Shown here piece after piece: positions 29,340 to 38,723 of a stretch of 64,000 nucleotides of DNA; position 1 is the first letter of the stretch, and each line of letters starts with the position of its first letter. The notes beneath the pieces were generated by a model. It was given only the letters and a program-made list of their open reading frames with translations, did not search any database and was not told the DNA's origin. Source of the DNA: a virus; IMG/VR virus record IMGVR_UViG_3300020156_000448, positions 61,054 through 125,053 of that record; one strand, given 5' to 3'. The position numbers and the translations under genes are program-made.

Positions 29340-30506
29340 TTATATATTCAAGTGGAGCTTTATCTCTTTGCAGCTTTTCAACTTACTTAACCAAAACTTA
29401 ACTTCGTCTTCTTCATAATTAAAAAATTTACTTAAATCAGCAGAAGTATATCCACTAAATACAAGAGGAAGAATGTTTTCGAAGAACTTAATTAAGCCTG
29501 CTTTATCCTTGGTATGCTTGAAAAACTTTCTCTTTCTGTACCCCAAATATTTAGAGTGCAATACTTCTGAGAATTTAGCCGAGTATTCCTTGCACATATC
29601 TGTTAAAGCTAGACTCATGCTCTCTGGAACAAAACAAGAAGTGTCTTCCCCGATATCAGAGATATAATATCCTTTCATCATTAGAGATGGCTGTCTTTTA
29701 TCTATGATGATATTTGCGTAATCCTCTCCAGTAGTAGCATCTACATCATAAATATAAATATTAGGAGAAGCAATATCAGCGTTAGGAAACATATGCCTAT
29801 AGGAGTTTACGATTACGGATTTAATTGCCGCTCTCTGTCTCGTACTATATTCATTGCCTTCCCAAGCAAACTTGCCTTTTTCAGCAGGCTCTTCCCAAGA
29901 GTCAAATTCTTCTTTGCCTATTTCGCCAATAATGTGATTATGAAGATGAGAATGTCCTGGAAATCCTGGCAGGGCTTTAGACTTATTTTGAAGCAAATGA
30001 ATTCGAGTAATTGCCCCAACGTATCTCCCGCAAAGTTGGCATTGAACGCCATTGGCTTTACTAGCTCTAGAGTTTTTTCTTTCAAAATCTTCAAATCTAC
30101 ACTTAACATTATTGGTTAAGTATGTATGAAACTTACTGTCTTCTCCATTATATGTCATTACAGATACAAAGAATCTGTGCAGAAGATCGGCATACATATC
30201 ATCGGTATCTTCAATATGAAAATTACAACATTGTTTATAAAGCCAATCTTCATATTTAAAGAACAACTCATTAAACTCTACTGTGTCAAAGCGACCTTTA
30301 TCAGTCACAAAGTTTTCAATAAACTTATTACATGTGGGACATTTGATCTTTAGTACTATTTTGCCTCTTGGGTCTTTTGGATGATCATCATACAGCATTT
30401 CATAATTACATACTGTGCACTGCCATTTTCCTCCTGACCTGTATTCTTCATACTGTTGCTTGACCTTAGCTATTAATTGTTTTTCATATACATTTTTTTT
30501 AGTCAT
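29340..30506 (-). CDS. Divergent sigma-70-like protein with zinc-binding insertions
   Basis: Region-2-like FNELFFKYEDWLY...DDMYADL...KFHTYL...RFEDFERK; C-terminal HTH GYTSADLSKFFNYEEDEVK; CTVC/CPTC and CQLC..H..H modules. Confidence 0.55.
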   Translation of the reverse strand: MTKKNVYEKQLIAKVKQQYEEYRSGGKWQCTVCNYEMLYDDHPKDPRGKIVLKIKCPTCNKFIENFVTDKGRFDTVEFNELFFKYEDWLYKQCCNFHIEDTDDMYADLLHRFFVSVMTYNGEDSKFHTYLTNNVKCRFEDFERKNSRASKANGVQCQLCGRYVGAITRIHLLQNKSKALPGFPGHSHLHNHIIGEIGKEEFDSWEEPAEKGKFAWEGNEYSTRQRAAIKSVIVNSYRHMFPNADIASPNIYIYDVDATTGEDYANIIIDKRQPSLMMKGYYISDIGEDTSCFVPESMSLALTDMCKEYSAKFSEVLHSKYLGYRKRKFFKHTKDKAGLIKFFENILPLVFSGYTSADLSKFFNYEEDEVKFWLSKLKSCKEIKLHLNI

Positions 30507-31494
30507 CGTAATCTAACCTCTTGTCAATCTTAATATACAACTTGTTCATTCTTTCATCTCCACCCATCTCTTCATATTGTTCAGGAAAGCAATTGTGCAT
30601 AAAAGGGCAAGGTGGAAACTTTACGCTCCCTTGTGGGGCTGGGTAGCCTTGGCAGCTAAACTTCAAATCCCTATAACCGTAGGGTAATATTTCTGGAATC
30701 ATAGACTCAGGGATATCTGGAACAGTGCCTTCCCTATAACACTTAATTCCCAATGCTGCTCTTTTCTTAACTTCTTCAATGATTTCATTATCTTGAACAA
30801 GTAGAAATTCTTTAATTTCCATGCTGTTCTTATTTTCATAGAACAAGAAGGCGGCAGGCACACCTAAAATATACATGTAGATATTGACCTGAAACACATG
30901 AGCTTCCAATGGCTCATTTCTGCGATTAAGCTCATCATATACTGATTTACTGCATGTTTTAAAATCGATAACAAAAAGATTACCATTTAATGCCAAAACG
31001 CCATCAGTATGACCATGAAGTTCCATTTCTTCATCATCTACAGATAGCTCTTTATATTCAAAAATAGACTTAGGACCAGCAACAATATTTCCAACATCAT
31101 CAACTACGGCAGATGTCTTTTTAGCATTGTTGCAATTGGGACATTCAGAAGGCTTTAGTACGCCAATCTTTGAGTCGTTTCCGATTACAAATTCACAATT
31201 AGAGCAAATCCAACGACCATAAAGGAAGCCCATATCACCAAAATGGGATTGAAGTCTAGCATGAGTGCTATGACCATTTTCAAACGTTCTCTGCATCTTA
31301 GGAATTGTATAGAATTTGCCTTCATGCCCTAGACGCATTTTTACCGCTTTACGTATGCAGTAACCCATATCTGAGGGATGGAATTTTCTATACGATCTAA
31401 ACTGAGAATTAACATGATCGTGGGTCAACCAATCATCATACTTCTTGGTTATCACGTCAGTTACTCTCACATTTTTATAAATATCAAGGCTCAT
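30499..31494 (-). CDS. Cas4-like PD-(D/E)XK exonuclease with a Zn-ribbon insert
   Basis: HPSDMGYC, GHSTH, GHTDG, VIDFKT, QVNIYM and a C-terminal C...CPF..C. Confidence 0.85.
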   Translation of the reverse strand: MSLDIYKNVRVTDVITKKYDDWLTHDHVNSQFRSYRKFHPSDMGYCIRKAVKMRLGHEGKFYTIPKMQRTFENGHSTHARLQSHFGDMGFLYGRWICSNCEFVIGNDSKIGVLKPSECPNCNNAKKTSAVVDDVGNIVAGPKSIFEYKELSVDDEEMELHGHTDGVLALNGNLFVIDFKTCSKSVYDELNRRNEPLEAHVFQVNIYMYILGVPAAFLFYENKNSMEIKEFLLVQDNEIIEEVKKRAALGIKCYREGTVPDIPESMIPEILPYGYRDLKFSCQGYPAPQGSVKFPPCPFMHNCFPEQYEEMGGDERMNKLYIKIDKRLDYDD

Positions 31495-31495
31495 T

Positions 31496-32311
31496 TTAAT
31501 TCGTCACTTTCAACAAAGAACTTAATCTTTGTCTTTGTCTTTCTTCGAAGCTGGTGCTTTTATCCTTTAAAATTTGATCAATTCTGTCTTTTATTGGTTG
31601 TGCGCCGTATTGCATTACAAATTGATGAGGATCGTATCCATCTGGTAATAAAACATAATCGGAGTCAAAAGTTATGTCATGTTTTGCCCTATTTAAAAAC
31701 TTCAGTCCGGCTGAATCATGATCAAAAAGAAAGATTGCCAGATCACAATATCTCAATAATTTATTAACGTGATGTTCAGTAAGTGCTGATCCCAGTACTC
31801 CCACGACATTTTTAATACCGTGCTGGTATAAAATAGCAACGTCAAATTGACCTTCCGCTATGATTACATAGTTTTCTTTGATGATGTGCTTTTTAGCCAC
31901 GTTAAGTCCGAATAAGAAGCTACTCTTAATAAATGAGCTATGAAGTTTGGATTTATGATAGTCTTTCTTTTCAGAACCGTCTGCCGACCTCCAAGAAACA
32001 ATTCTGTTTGTCTCTGTTTCTAGAACGTATTTATTACCTATTGCGTCTTGGTAATCATAAGTTATCATTCTTCCAGAAAGAGCCACAGGAACATTGTATT
32101 CATCTATGAGAGGAAATATAATCCTGCGCTCCCATCTCTTATCCTTATAACCGTCTTCTCCTGTAATAGGACCAAGACACCATCCCACTCTATAATCTGA
32201 GATGGTGTCTTGACTAATACCGCGAGAAGCTAGATAATCTCTTGCTACTAAGCCATCTTCCGACTGAAGTTGATATTGAAAAGATTCAACTAATTTAGCA
32301 AGATTTTCCAT
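31496..32311 (-). CDS. dnaG: DNA primase catalytic core (TOPRIM) lacking the zinc-binding and helicase-binding domains
   Basis: YLASRGIS, RIIFPL, SGR, LFGL, AEGQFDV, GSALT, FDHDSAG and PDGYDP; no N-terminal CHC2 finger. Confidence 0.9.
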   Translation of the reverse strand: MENLAKLVESFQYQLQSEDGLVARDYLASRGISQDTISDYRVGWCLGPITGEDGYKDKRWERRIIFPLIDEYNVPVALSGRMITYDYQDAIGNKYVLETETNRIVSWRSADGSEKKDYHKSKLHSSFIKSSFLFGLNVAKKHIIKENYVIIAEGQFDVAILYQHGIKNVVGVLGSALTEHHVNKLLRYCDLAIFLFDHDSAGLKFLNRAKHDITFDSDYVLLPDGYDPHQFVMQYGAQPIKDRIDQILKDKSTSFEERQRQRLSSLLKVTN

Positions 32312-32314
32312 TTA

Positions 32315-33520
32315 CTATTCTTCAATTCCTAGAAGTCTATTTCTTTCTTTTTCAATAATTACTTCCAGCTTATCCATAGAAAATGTCTCTGGAAGCAATT
32401 CTTCTTTAAGCTCTTGTGCAGCTTGCATCAGAAAGATACGACTTGCCATTTCGCCAACTAAGTCACCAAGGGTTGCTTGCTTAACAAAGTCTTCAAATGA
32501 TGGATAAGTCAGTTTATCATCATCTAATGTCTTGTAGATGATTTCACCCTTATATATTCTCCAAATACCAGCTTTTTTAGCTTTCCCTATTACTTCCATA
32601 ATCATATCAGGATCATCGAAGTACAACTCAAACACGCCTGCTCTCATTGGGGGTGCGAATTTATTTTTGATAAACTTTACAACTACATATTGACCAATAA
32701 CATTTTCTTGAGTATCGTATATATTGTAAGATTTTTCTTTTTCGTCGTAATGCTTACGAACGTCACAGCGAACCTGAGCAAAGAACTTAAGTGCACGTCC
32801 GCCTGGAGTATCGTCAGGGTTAGCAAACTTAGAAGCATTCATCTTGGTTCTTAACTGATTAATCAACACTACCGCTGTCTGGAATTGGCGGCAAAGTGGA
32901 GCCAATTTAGAAAGTGCACGTGTCAGAAGTTTAGCAATAGGAGCATAGTTCTGATCTTCTAAGCTGGATTCCATTTCAACCTTAGGCTGCAAGGCGGCTA
33001 CGGAGTCGATAACCACAATAGAGATTAAACCTTGCTTGATAAGCTCATATATCTTTTCAAATAGGTCTTCTCCCATACAAGGCTCAATCTTAATTAATTG
33101 TGCCGTATCGATACCAATTTTTTGCATGCGCTCATTGGTTGTTCCACCTTCCAAGTCGCAATACACTGCGTACTTATCAGGAAATACTCTTTGCGCCATT
33201 GCTACCAAGCGCTGAGCCATATAAGATTTACCAGAGCTTTCTGGACCATACAATTCGATGATAGCATTATTAGGATAACCTCCAATGCCTGCCGCTGTAT
33301 CCACCATTGGGAATCCACTTGGGATTGGAACAGTAGGATACCAACTTTCATCTGCAAAGCCAGCGCCTACACCAACCATTTCTTCATCTTTGTATGCTGT
33401 GTTTAATTTGGATAATACCTTCTTAATTTTTGCTTCTGTAGCTTTATCCTTAGAAGGTACAGGATCGCTAACTGAAAAAGAGGAGCCAGGAAGACCTGGC
33501 TCCTTATTAATATTTGTCAT
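32315..33520 (-). CDS. recA: Recombinase A
   Basis: GIGGYP, IELYGPESSGKS, VVIDSVAAL, INQLR, TPGGRALKF and KNKFAPP. Confidence 0.95.
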   Translation of the reverse strand: MTNINKEPGLPGSSFSVSDPVPSKDKATEAKIKKVLSKLNTAYKDEEMVGVGAGFADESWYPTVPIPSGFPMVDTAAGIGGYPNNAIIELYGPESSGKSYMAQRLVAMAQRVFPDKYAVYCDLEGGTTNERMQKIGIDTAQLIKIEPCMGEDLFEKIYELIKQGLISIVVIDSVAALQPKVEMESSLEDQNYAPIAKLLTRALSKLAPLCRQFQTAVVLINQLRTKMNASKFANPDDTPGGRALKFFAQVRCDVRKHYDEKEKSYNIYDTQENVIGQYVVVKFIKNKFAPPMRAGVFELYFDDPDMIMEVIGKAKKAGIWRIYKGEIIYKTLDDDKLTYPSFEDFVKQATLGDLVGEMASRIFLMQAAQELKEELLPETFSMDKLEVIIEKERNRLLGIEE

Positions 33521-33533
33521 TTTACTACCTCAA

Positions 33534-34640
33534 TTATTTAACTACTTGCTGCAAGCTTGCTAGCATGTCATCAACACTAGGAACGGCTGTATTTGCCATT
33601 GGAGCGGCTGCTTGTGGGGCGGCTGCTTGCTGAGGCTCATATACAGGTGTGATGGGAGCAGTCGGCTGAGATACATATGCGCCAGCGGCTGGCTCAGCTT
33701 GCATTGAAGCCTGAGGTGCCTGTTGTGGCTGATATATTGGCTGCTGTTGAACTACTTGAGCAGGTGCTTGCGGCTGAAAGGCTGGCTGTGCAGGAGCTAC
33801 AGGTGCCTGTGGTTGGTAAGCTGGCTGTTGCTGTGGAATAACCACATTCGGAGCAGGAGCAGCGCTACCAGTGCGGAAACCACCAGCATTGCCGCCAAAA
33901 CCACCAGCGGTATTGCCTCCGCTAGCAGCAGGAGCTTCAGGATTTAACACTGAGTTCTTGTTGATTAGCGGATTGTATTCATCAACTAGATTGTATACAA
34001 GGGGCTTATTTGTTCCACCACCGTTAAAGAGCATTTCATACTCTTGTTGAGAAATCGGCGCAGTGCCTGGATCACTCCAAGATGCTTCATAAATGATTTC
34101 TCTAGGCTCTGGCTTCTGACCAGCAGGCTTACGAGGATACTTAACTTCGATTGTGAAAACTGGACCATAAGTAGGGTCACTTGGATAATAGCCTGTCTGG
34201 TTATAGAAGTCTTCCAGCCATTTGTATACAGCGTAAGGAAATTCCATTACGCGAACATTTGGTGGGCTACCAGCGGCTTTAAGCTGATCGTTCTCATTCT
34301 GTTCGAGAACGTTAATCACAAATCGCTTACGGGATTCATCTGATTCGCACTTGTAGCAGTAAGTCTGCTCTGAAGTATAATCTACTAGATTTCCAGCGGC
34401 GTCGCGCTGCTTGTAGATATAGTCACCGCGCCTAATTGACCCATCTTCTGCGGTATAATCTGGATTGCGAATCTCTAGGGTCTTTGCGCAAATCTTACGC
34501 CCATCGGGATTCCAATGGAAGAGAAATGCGTGATATTCTCCAAGTAGTCTAACTCTATAGACTCCTGGTTCACTAATTTTAAGATACTTATCGTTCTTTC
34601 TTGCAGCACTAGCTGCTCTTACGCCTGTTCCAAACAACAT
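33534..34640 (-). CDS. gp32-like single-stranded DNA-binding protein with a Pro/Gln/Ala-rich tail (start re-assigned to 34640)
   Basis: YLKI...YRVRLL...HW...C...CYKC...RFVINV...VRVMEF...DPTYG pattern; low-complexity tail; GGAGGA Shine-Dalgarno before MLFGTG; directly upstream of recA. Confidence 0.65.
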   Translation of the reverse strand: MLFGTGVRAASAARKNDKYLKISEPGVYRVRLLGEYHAFLFHWNPDGRKICAKTLEIRNPDYTAEDGSIRRGDYIYKQRDAAGNLVDYTSEQTYCYKCESDESRKRFVINVLEQNENDQLKAAGSPPNVRVMEFPYAVYKWLEDFYNQTGYYPSDPTYGPVFTIEVKYPRKPAGQKPEPREIIYEASWSDPGTAPISQQEYEMLFNGGGTNKPLVYNLVDEYNPLINKNSVLNPEAPAASGGNTAGGFGGNAGGFRTGSAAPAPNVVIPQQQPAYQPQAPVAPAQPAFQPQAPAQVVQQQPIYQPQQAPQASMQAEPAAGAYVSQPTAPITPVYEPQQAAAPQAAAPMANTAVPSVDDMLASLQQVVK

Positions 34641-34761
34641 TTTGTTGTCCTCCGTATGTTTAACTATATGATTTACGTTATTTAACACTCTTTGAGTGAA
34701 ACGTTCGAAACATATATACAATTTGTATACAATTAACTAATGTATATATTTACTAACAATC

Positions 34762-35421
34762 CTATCTTTTTCTATCTACTTGAATAGAACGCCCAGGACT
34801 GAGATTCTCTCGATTTTGCCAGTAACCTAACACACGTGATAAGTCATCTCTAGCAGCTTCGACAGCCTCGCGTTTACCTTGCACATTAAAAAGCAAATCT
34901 TCATACACTTGCTTTTTAAAGTAAATGTCTTGAAGCTTAACTACGACTTCTGCTTTCTTAATATCACCTGTCTTCTTCTTGTCGTTGGGACTATTTAACA
35001 AGATGAATGCAGATAATAAATCGTAGCATTTATCAATCCACTTCAAGTATGCCAATACTAGCTTCTCTTGCCGAATCAAGTAACTTCTAGCAGAGGAGGT
35101 TTCCAAAAAAGACTGATCAAATGAATGGTAATCAACACCTCTCACATCGAGTTGATACTCTTCACAATACTGAATGAGTTGCTTTTCATCAAATCGACAA
35201 ACACTAGACAAAAGTTTGTCAACAATGATCTTTGCTTTCATAACTTGCTCTTCAGTTATTGGCTGACTATTCTCTAAAGCTTCGGCAATAATCTCTTTTT
35301 GCTTTTCAAAAGCTTCTAGAGGCGTTACATCTTTCTCTATAACTTCGTCTTCAACAAAAGGGGGTTCTTTTGAACCTTCTTCGATATCATCAGTTGATAA
35401 ATCTTCATTTTCTTCCGTCAT
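34762..35421 (-). CDS. Helical protein, possible UvsY-like recombination mediator
   Basis: Long amphipathic helices; lies upstream of the SSB and recA genes. Function is inferred from context only. Confidence 0.4.
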   Translation of the reverse strand: MTEENEDLSTDDIEEGSKEPPFVEDEVIEKDVTPLEAFEKQKEIIAEALENSQPITEEQVMKAKIIVDKLLSSVCRFDEKQLIQYCEEYQLDVRGVDYHSFDQSFLETSSARSYLIRQEKLVLAYLKWIDKCYDLLSAFILLNSPNDKKKTGDIKKAEVVVKLQDIYFKKQVYEDLLFNVQGKREAVEAARDDLSRVLGYWQNRENLSPGRSIQVDRKR

Positions 35422-35447
35422 GGAAACACCATATTCCTTGTTGAATT

Positions 35448-35897
35448 TTAACCAATGTCAGGTATTCTGTTCATGACGCCATGTACTGGCAAATTTGCTT
35501 CAATTTCTAAAGCTGGATCAGAAACTTCACCATACTTTATCATCTGAGACAGATCATTTGGTACACTATTATTATTCTGAATTGGAAGTGGGATTCCTTC
35601 TTCCTGAGAATAATTAGGTTGATTTAAATTATACTGCACATTATTGATATTATTAATGTTATCTGGTACATGACCCTGAATACTAGAAACAATATTGAAA
35701 TCAATTTCTGGTAAATTTAACGATCTTAAAACATCCTGAGCATCACTAATACACTCTTGTTTTACCTGCTGAAAAACATCCTGATGAGCAGCGTGATCTG
35801 GTTGGTTAACATCAACTTTTGCTTCTGTCCAAACCTCAAACCACTCATATCTTCTTGGAGCTACACGAAGTCTAACTCCCTTTGTAATCTGCGCCAT
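35448..35897 (-). CDS. Hypothetical protein
   Basis: 149-aa ORF; GAGG Shine-Dalgarno. Confidence 0.6.
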   Translation of the reverse strand: MAQITKGVRLRVAPRRYEWFEVWTEAKVDVNQPDHAAHQDVFQQVKQECISDAQDVLRSLNLPEIDFNIVSSIQGHVPDNINNINNVQYNLNQPNYSQEEGIPLPIQNNNSVPNDLSQMIKYGEVSDPALEIEANLPVHGVMNRIPDIG

Positions 35898-35899
35898 TT

Positions 35900-36181
35900 T
35901 TAATCCTCGTCTTTTGCTTCCATTGGGAATATTAAGATATTACCCTTGTGACCATCTCTAATTAAATGATCTATTAAATTTGCTTCACATTTCATCATAA
36001 CTGATGCATGATCTGTTGCTCTGATTGGATTAGAACTAGGGACAGCATCTAAGTAGATAAAAGCCCAGCCATTTTCATCTCTCTTTATATCTTCCTTATT
36101 TCCTCTGATCTTAAATCCAAATTTCTCTGAGTGTGAATTGGCGTATTTTAGCGTCAATTTCATCAATTCATCGTCTGTCAT
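35900..36181 (-). CDS. Hypothetical protein
   Basis: 93-aa ORF; start overlaps the dnaE-C stop. Confidence 0.6.
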   Translation of the reverse strand: MTDDELMKLTLKYANSHSEKFGFKIRGNKEDIKRDENGWAFIYLDAVPSSNPIRATDHASVMMKCEANLIDHLIRDGHKGNILIFPMEAKDED

Positions 36182-38082
36182 TAAAATACACCTTTTAATC
36201 TTGGAATGGTCTTATTTTTAGATGGACCTTTACCCATTCTATCCTTAATACCTTGGCATCTAATGAACTCTGATTTTAATTCTGGTTCGCTCCCAAAGCA
36301 ATTAAGTGCGCCTGCGTTAATAAGACATTCCACAACACTCTTAGAGACTTTATTACTAGTTGTTGCTCCAAGATAAAAATCTTGAAATGTATTATACGGC
36401 TGATTGGCACAAATTTCTCTCTGTGCTTCAGTGCCCACACCTTTAATACAACTTAAAGGCTTGCGAATTTTATCATCTTCGATAGTGTATACATTTTTGC
36501 TATGATTAATATCAACAGGAAGAAACTTGATGTTAAAATATCTTGTAGCTTCGCGCTCATAATACTCTAAGTTTTCATCACAGTCTGCACCACCGCTATT
36601 TAATTCCACAGTTAACAACGCGCTATAGAACTCTCTAGGAAACAAAGCTTTAAGAAATGCAGTTGCATAAGCCAAATAAGCATAAGCCGCTGAGTGAGCC
36701 TTATTAAAGCAATAATTACCAAACTTCTCAAACTGATCCCAAAGGTTCGACACTTCCGCATCTCCCATGAGACCTGTTTCTTTAGCTCTTGCCCTGAACT
36801 TAGCCGCCATTTCAGGAAGTTTTTTAACGTCCTTTTTACCAATAATTTTTCTGAATTCATCGGCTTCTGTCTTGGTAAATCCAGCCAGAATTTGACACGT
36901 CTTCATTAACTGTTCCTGATAAATAAACAATCCTAATGTGCTCTTTAGAATATCATATAGAGCAGGATGAGGATAATTAATAGCACTTGCATTACTCTTT
37001 CTTTCAATAAAGAAGTTATGATAGCCGTTTGCTAGCGGTCCTGGTCTATAAAGAGCCACACCAGCTACTAAATCATCAAAGCATGTGGGCTGTAATTCCA
37101 TAAGGAACTTTGTAAAACCATATTTTTCAAACTGAAAAATACCTTTTGTAATTCCCTTGGCAATTAGATTAATAACACTAGGCGCAGTCTGTGTATCAAA
37201 AGGATTGAGATTCCAAATATCTATATCCTTGCCGTGACGCGCCTTAATCATATTAAGAGCCATATGAACAACCCTAAGCGTCTTTACGCCAAGAGTATCC
37301 ATCTTCATACATCCAAGCTCTTCACAGTCATGCATATCGAATTGTGTGATATAAATAACTTTCTTGGTGTCTTCTTCTTTCGAAAAGTGAAGAGGAATTA
37401 ATTCGGCAATTGGCTCGTCGGTAATAATAATTCCGCCTGCGTGCTTGCCTGTACTGGCTTTAATGCCAAATATCTTCTTAGCATCTACAAGAATGTTATC
37501 TAATTCAGGATGGGCTTGGCGATATGCGGCAAAATTAGCCTCATTAATAGCAGCGTCAAAGTCTTCGTTTAATCTGGTATCTACCAGCTTGGATAAGAAT
37601 ATAGCTGTATCAGAAATACTCATCACTTCACCATTTTCTGAGGGAAGCTGAAGACCATGATACTTAGATGCGTTTTGAAGAGCACCTTTTACTTTCCAGT
37701 TGCCAAATGTACCAATTGGAGCAACGTGATCAGCCCCGTATTTTTGAGTAATATATGCCTGAACTGGAGTAATGTCTTCAAAGTCAGTATCAATATCAGG
37801 AGGACTATATCTTACAAGATAATAATCATCTCTTAAATTAAGAGGTTTATCAAAATCACAACATACATCTGTTACTCCTATTAAATAGGACAAATAACAA
37901 TTAGCTTTATTAACACTGCCTTTAAAGTTTTGATTTACTAGCTTTCCTAGCGTCCTATAAAGACTCGGATGCTGCTCAAAGAAGTCCATCTCCTCACGCA
38001 GTCTCATCATTTCGACTGAATTCGGGTCAGTGTTGGCTAATCTTGTTCTATCTATCAGACTAAATAATTTTTGTCTATCCAT
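36181..38082 (-). CDS. dnaE: DNA polymerase III alpha, C-terminal half (palm/thumb/fingers/HhH)
   Basis: PDIDTDF (catalytic Asps), GKHAGG, TQFD, KMDTLG, GIFQFE, ALYRPGP, IYQEQ, FNKAHSAAY and IKGVG. Confidence 0.93.
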   Translation of the reverse strand: MDRQKLFSLIDRTRLANTDPNSVEMMRLREEMDFFEQHPSLYRTLGKLVNQNFKGSVNKANCYLSYLIGVTDVCCDFDKPLNLRDDYYLVRYSPPDIDTDFEDITPVQAYITQKYGADHVAPIGTFGNWKVKGALQNASKYHGLQLPSENGEVMSISDTAIFLSKLVDTRLNEDFDAAINEANFAAYRQAHPELDNILVDAKKIFGIKASTGKHAGGIIITDEPIAELIPLHFSKEEDTKKVIYITQFDMHDCEELGCMKMDTLGVKTLRVVHMALNMIKARHGKDIDIWNLNPFDTQTAPSVINLIAKGITKGIFQFEKYGFTKFLMELQPTCFDDLVAGVALYRPGPLANGYHNFFIERKSNASAINYPHPALYDILKSTLGLFIYQEQLMKTCQILAGFTKTEADEFRKIIGKKDVKKLPEMAAKFRARAKETGLMGDAEVSNLWDQFEKFGNYCFNKAHSAAYAYLAYATAFLKALFPREFYSALLTVELNSGGADCDENLEYYEREATRYFNIKFLPVDINHSKNVYTIEDDKIRKPLSCIKGVGTEAQREICANQPYNTFQDFYLGATTSNKVSKSVVECLINAGALNCFGSEPELKSEFIRCQGIKDRMGKGPSKNKTIPRLKGVF

Positions 38083-38092
38083 TTATATGCAC

Positions 38093-38557
38093 CTAAAACT
38101 CCGTAGGCGGTAACGCCTTAACTTCTTCTTCTTTTTCTTCTAGTTTAACTAGGTTTAAGCCAATAGTTTTTGCTGCTTCTAACACTTTTTCGTCCACGCG
38201 ATAAGCATTTCTAAAAAACACTGTCTTAATTCCAGAGTTAGCTATTAATTTAAAACATCCGTAGCAAGGAAATGCTGTTACGTACATTTCGGCACCTTCT
38301 ATTTTGACGCCATTACGAGCGGCTTGAATTAAACTATTTGCTTCTGCATGGACAGTGCGGACGCAGTGCCCATCAACCATTTGGTGATCCGCATCATCGC
38401 AATGGGGCGTGCCTTTTATGCTACCATTATAGCCTGTAGATAAAATAGTTTTATCTCTTACAACCACAGCGCCAACATGAAGACGGTTACAGGTTGCTCT
38501 GGTGGAAACCTGTTCGGCAATCTGCATAAAATATTCATTCCAAGAAACTCTAGACAT
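38093..38557 (-). CDS. dCMP deaminase (ComEB-like)
   Basis: RATCNRLHVGA, GYNG, HAEANS and PCYGC. Confidence 0.93.
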   Translation of the reverse strand: MSRVSWNEYFMQIAEQVSTRATCNRLHVGAVVVRDKTILSTGYNGSIKGTPHCDDADHQMVDGHCVRTVHAEANSLIQAARNGVKIEGAEMYVTAFPCYGCFKLIANSGIKTVFFRNAYRVDEKVLEAAKTIGLNLVKLEEKEEEVKALPPTEF

Positions 38558-38723
38558 TCAAATTTACTCCAAAAAATTTCATAACTTTTCTTATCGAAAT
38601 TTGAATTCTATAAGAAAATGAACGTTTTCTTTCATCCTCTTCAATTTGATCCAGAATCCTCTGATAAGCAGTGGCGCGGCTTCCTGGAAGAGTGAATTCG
38701 GGAATAATAATTATTGGCTTCAT
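38550..38723 (-). CDS. 57-aa small ORF missed by the ORF track (MKPIIIIPEFTLPGSRATAYQRILDQIEED...)
   Basis: Its ATG overlaps the dnaE-N stop (ATGA) and its stop overlaps the start of the deaminase; it fills the gap exactly. Confidence 0.6.
   Translation of the reverse strand: MKPIIIIPEFTLPGSRATAYQRILDQIEEDERKRSFSYRIQISIRKVMKFFGVNLNV

Noticed and set aside
30499-31494. Cas4-like nuclease as evidence of a CRISPR-Cas system
   Set aside because: No repeat-spacer array or other cas genes were seen; solo Cas4-like nucleases are common in phage recombination modules.
33560-33940. Repetitive GGCTG/GCTG-rich DNA
   Set aside because: Explained by the Pro/Gln/Ala low-complexity tail of the SSB; not a DNA repeat array.
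38550-38723. Stop-codon reassignment, read-through or a split intein joining the dnaE halves
   Set aside because: TGA is followed by an in-frame TAA two codons later; all three stop codons end conserved genes at expected positions; no intein N- or C-terminal motifs occur at the break.
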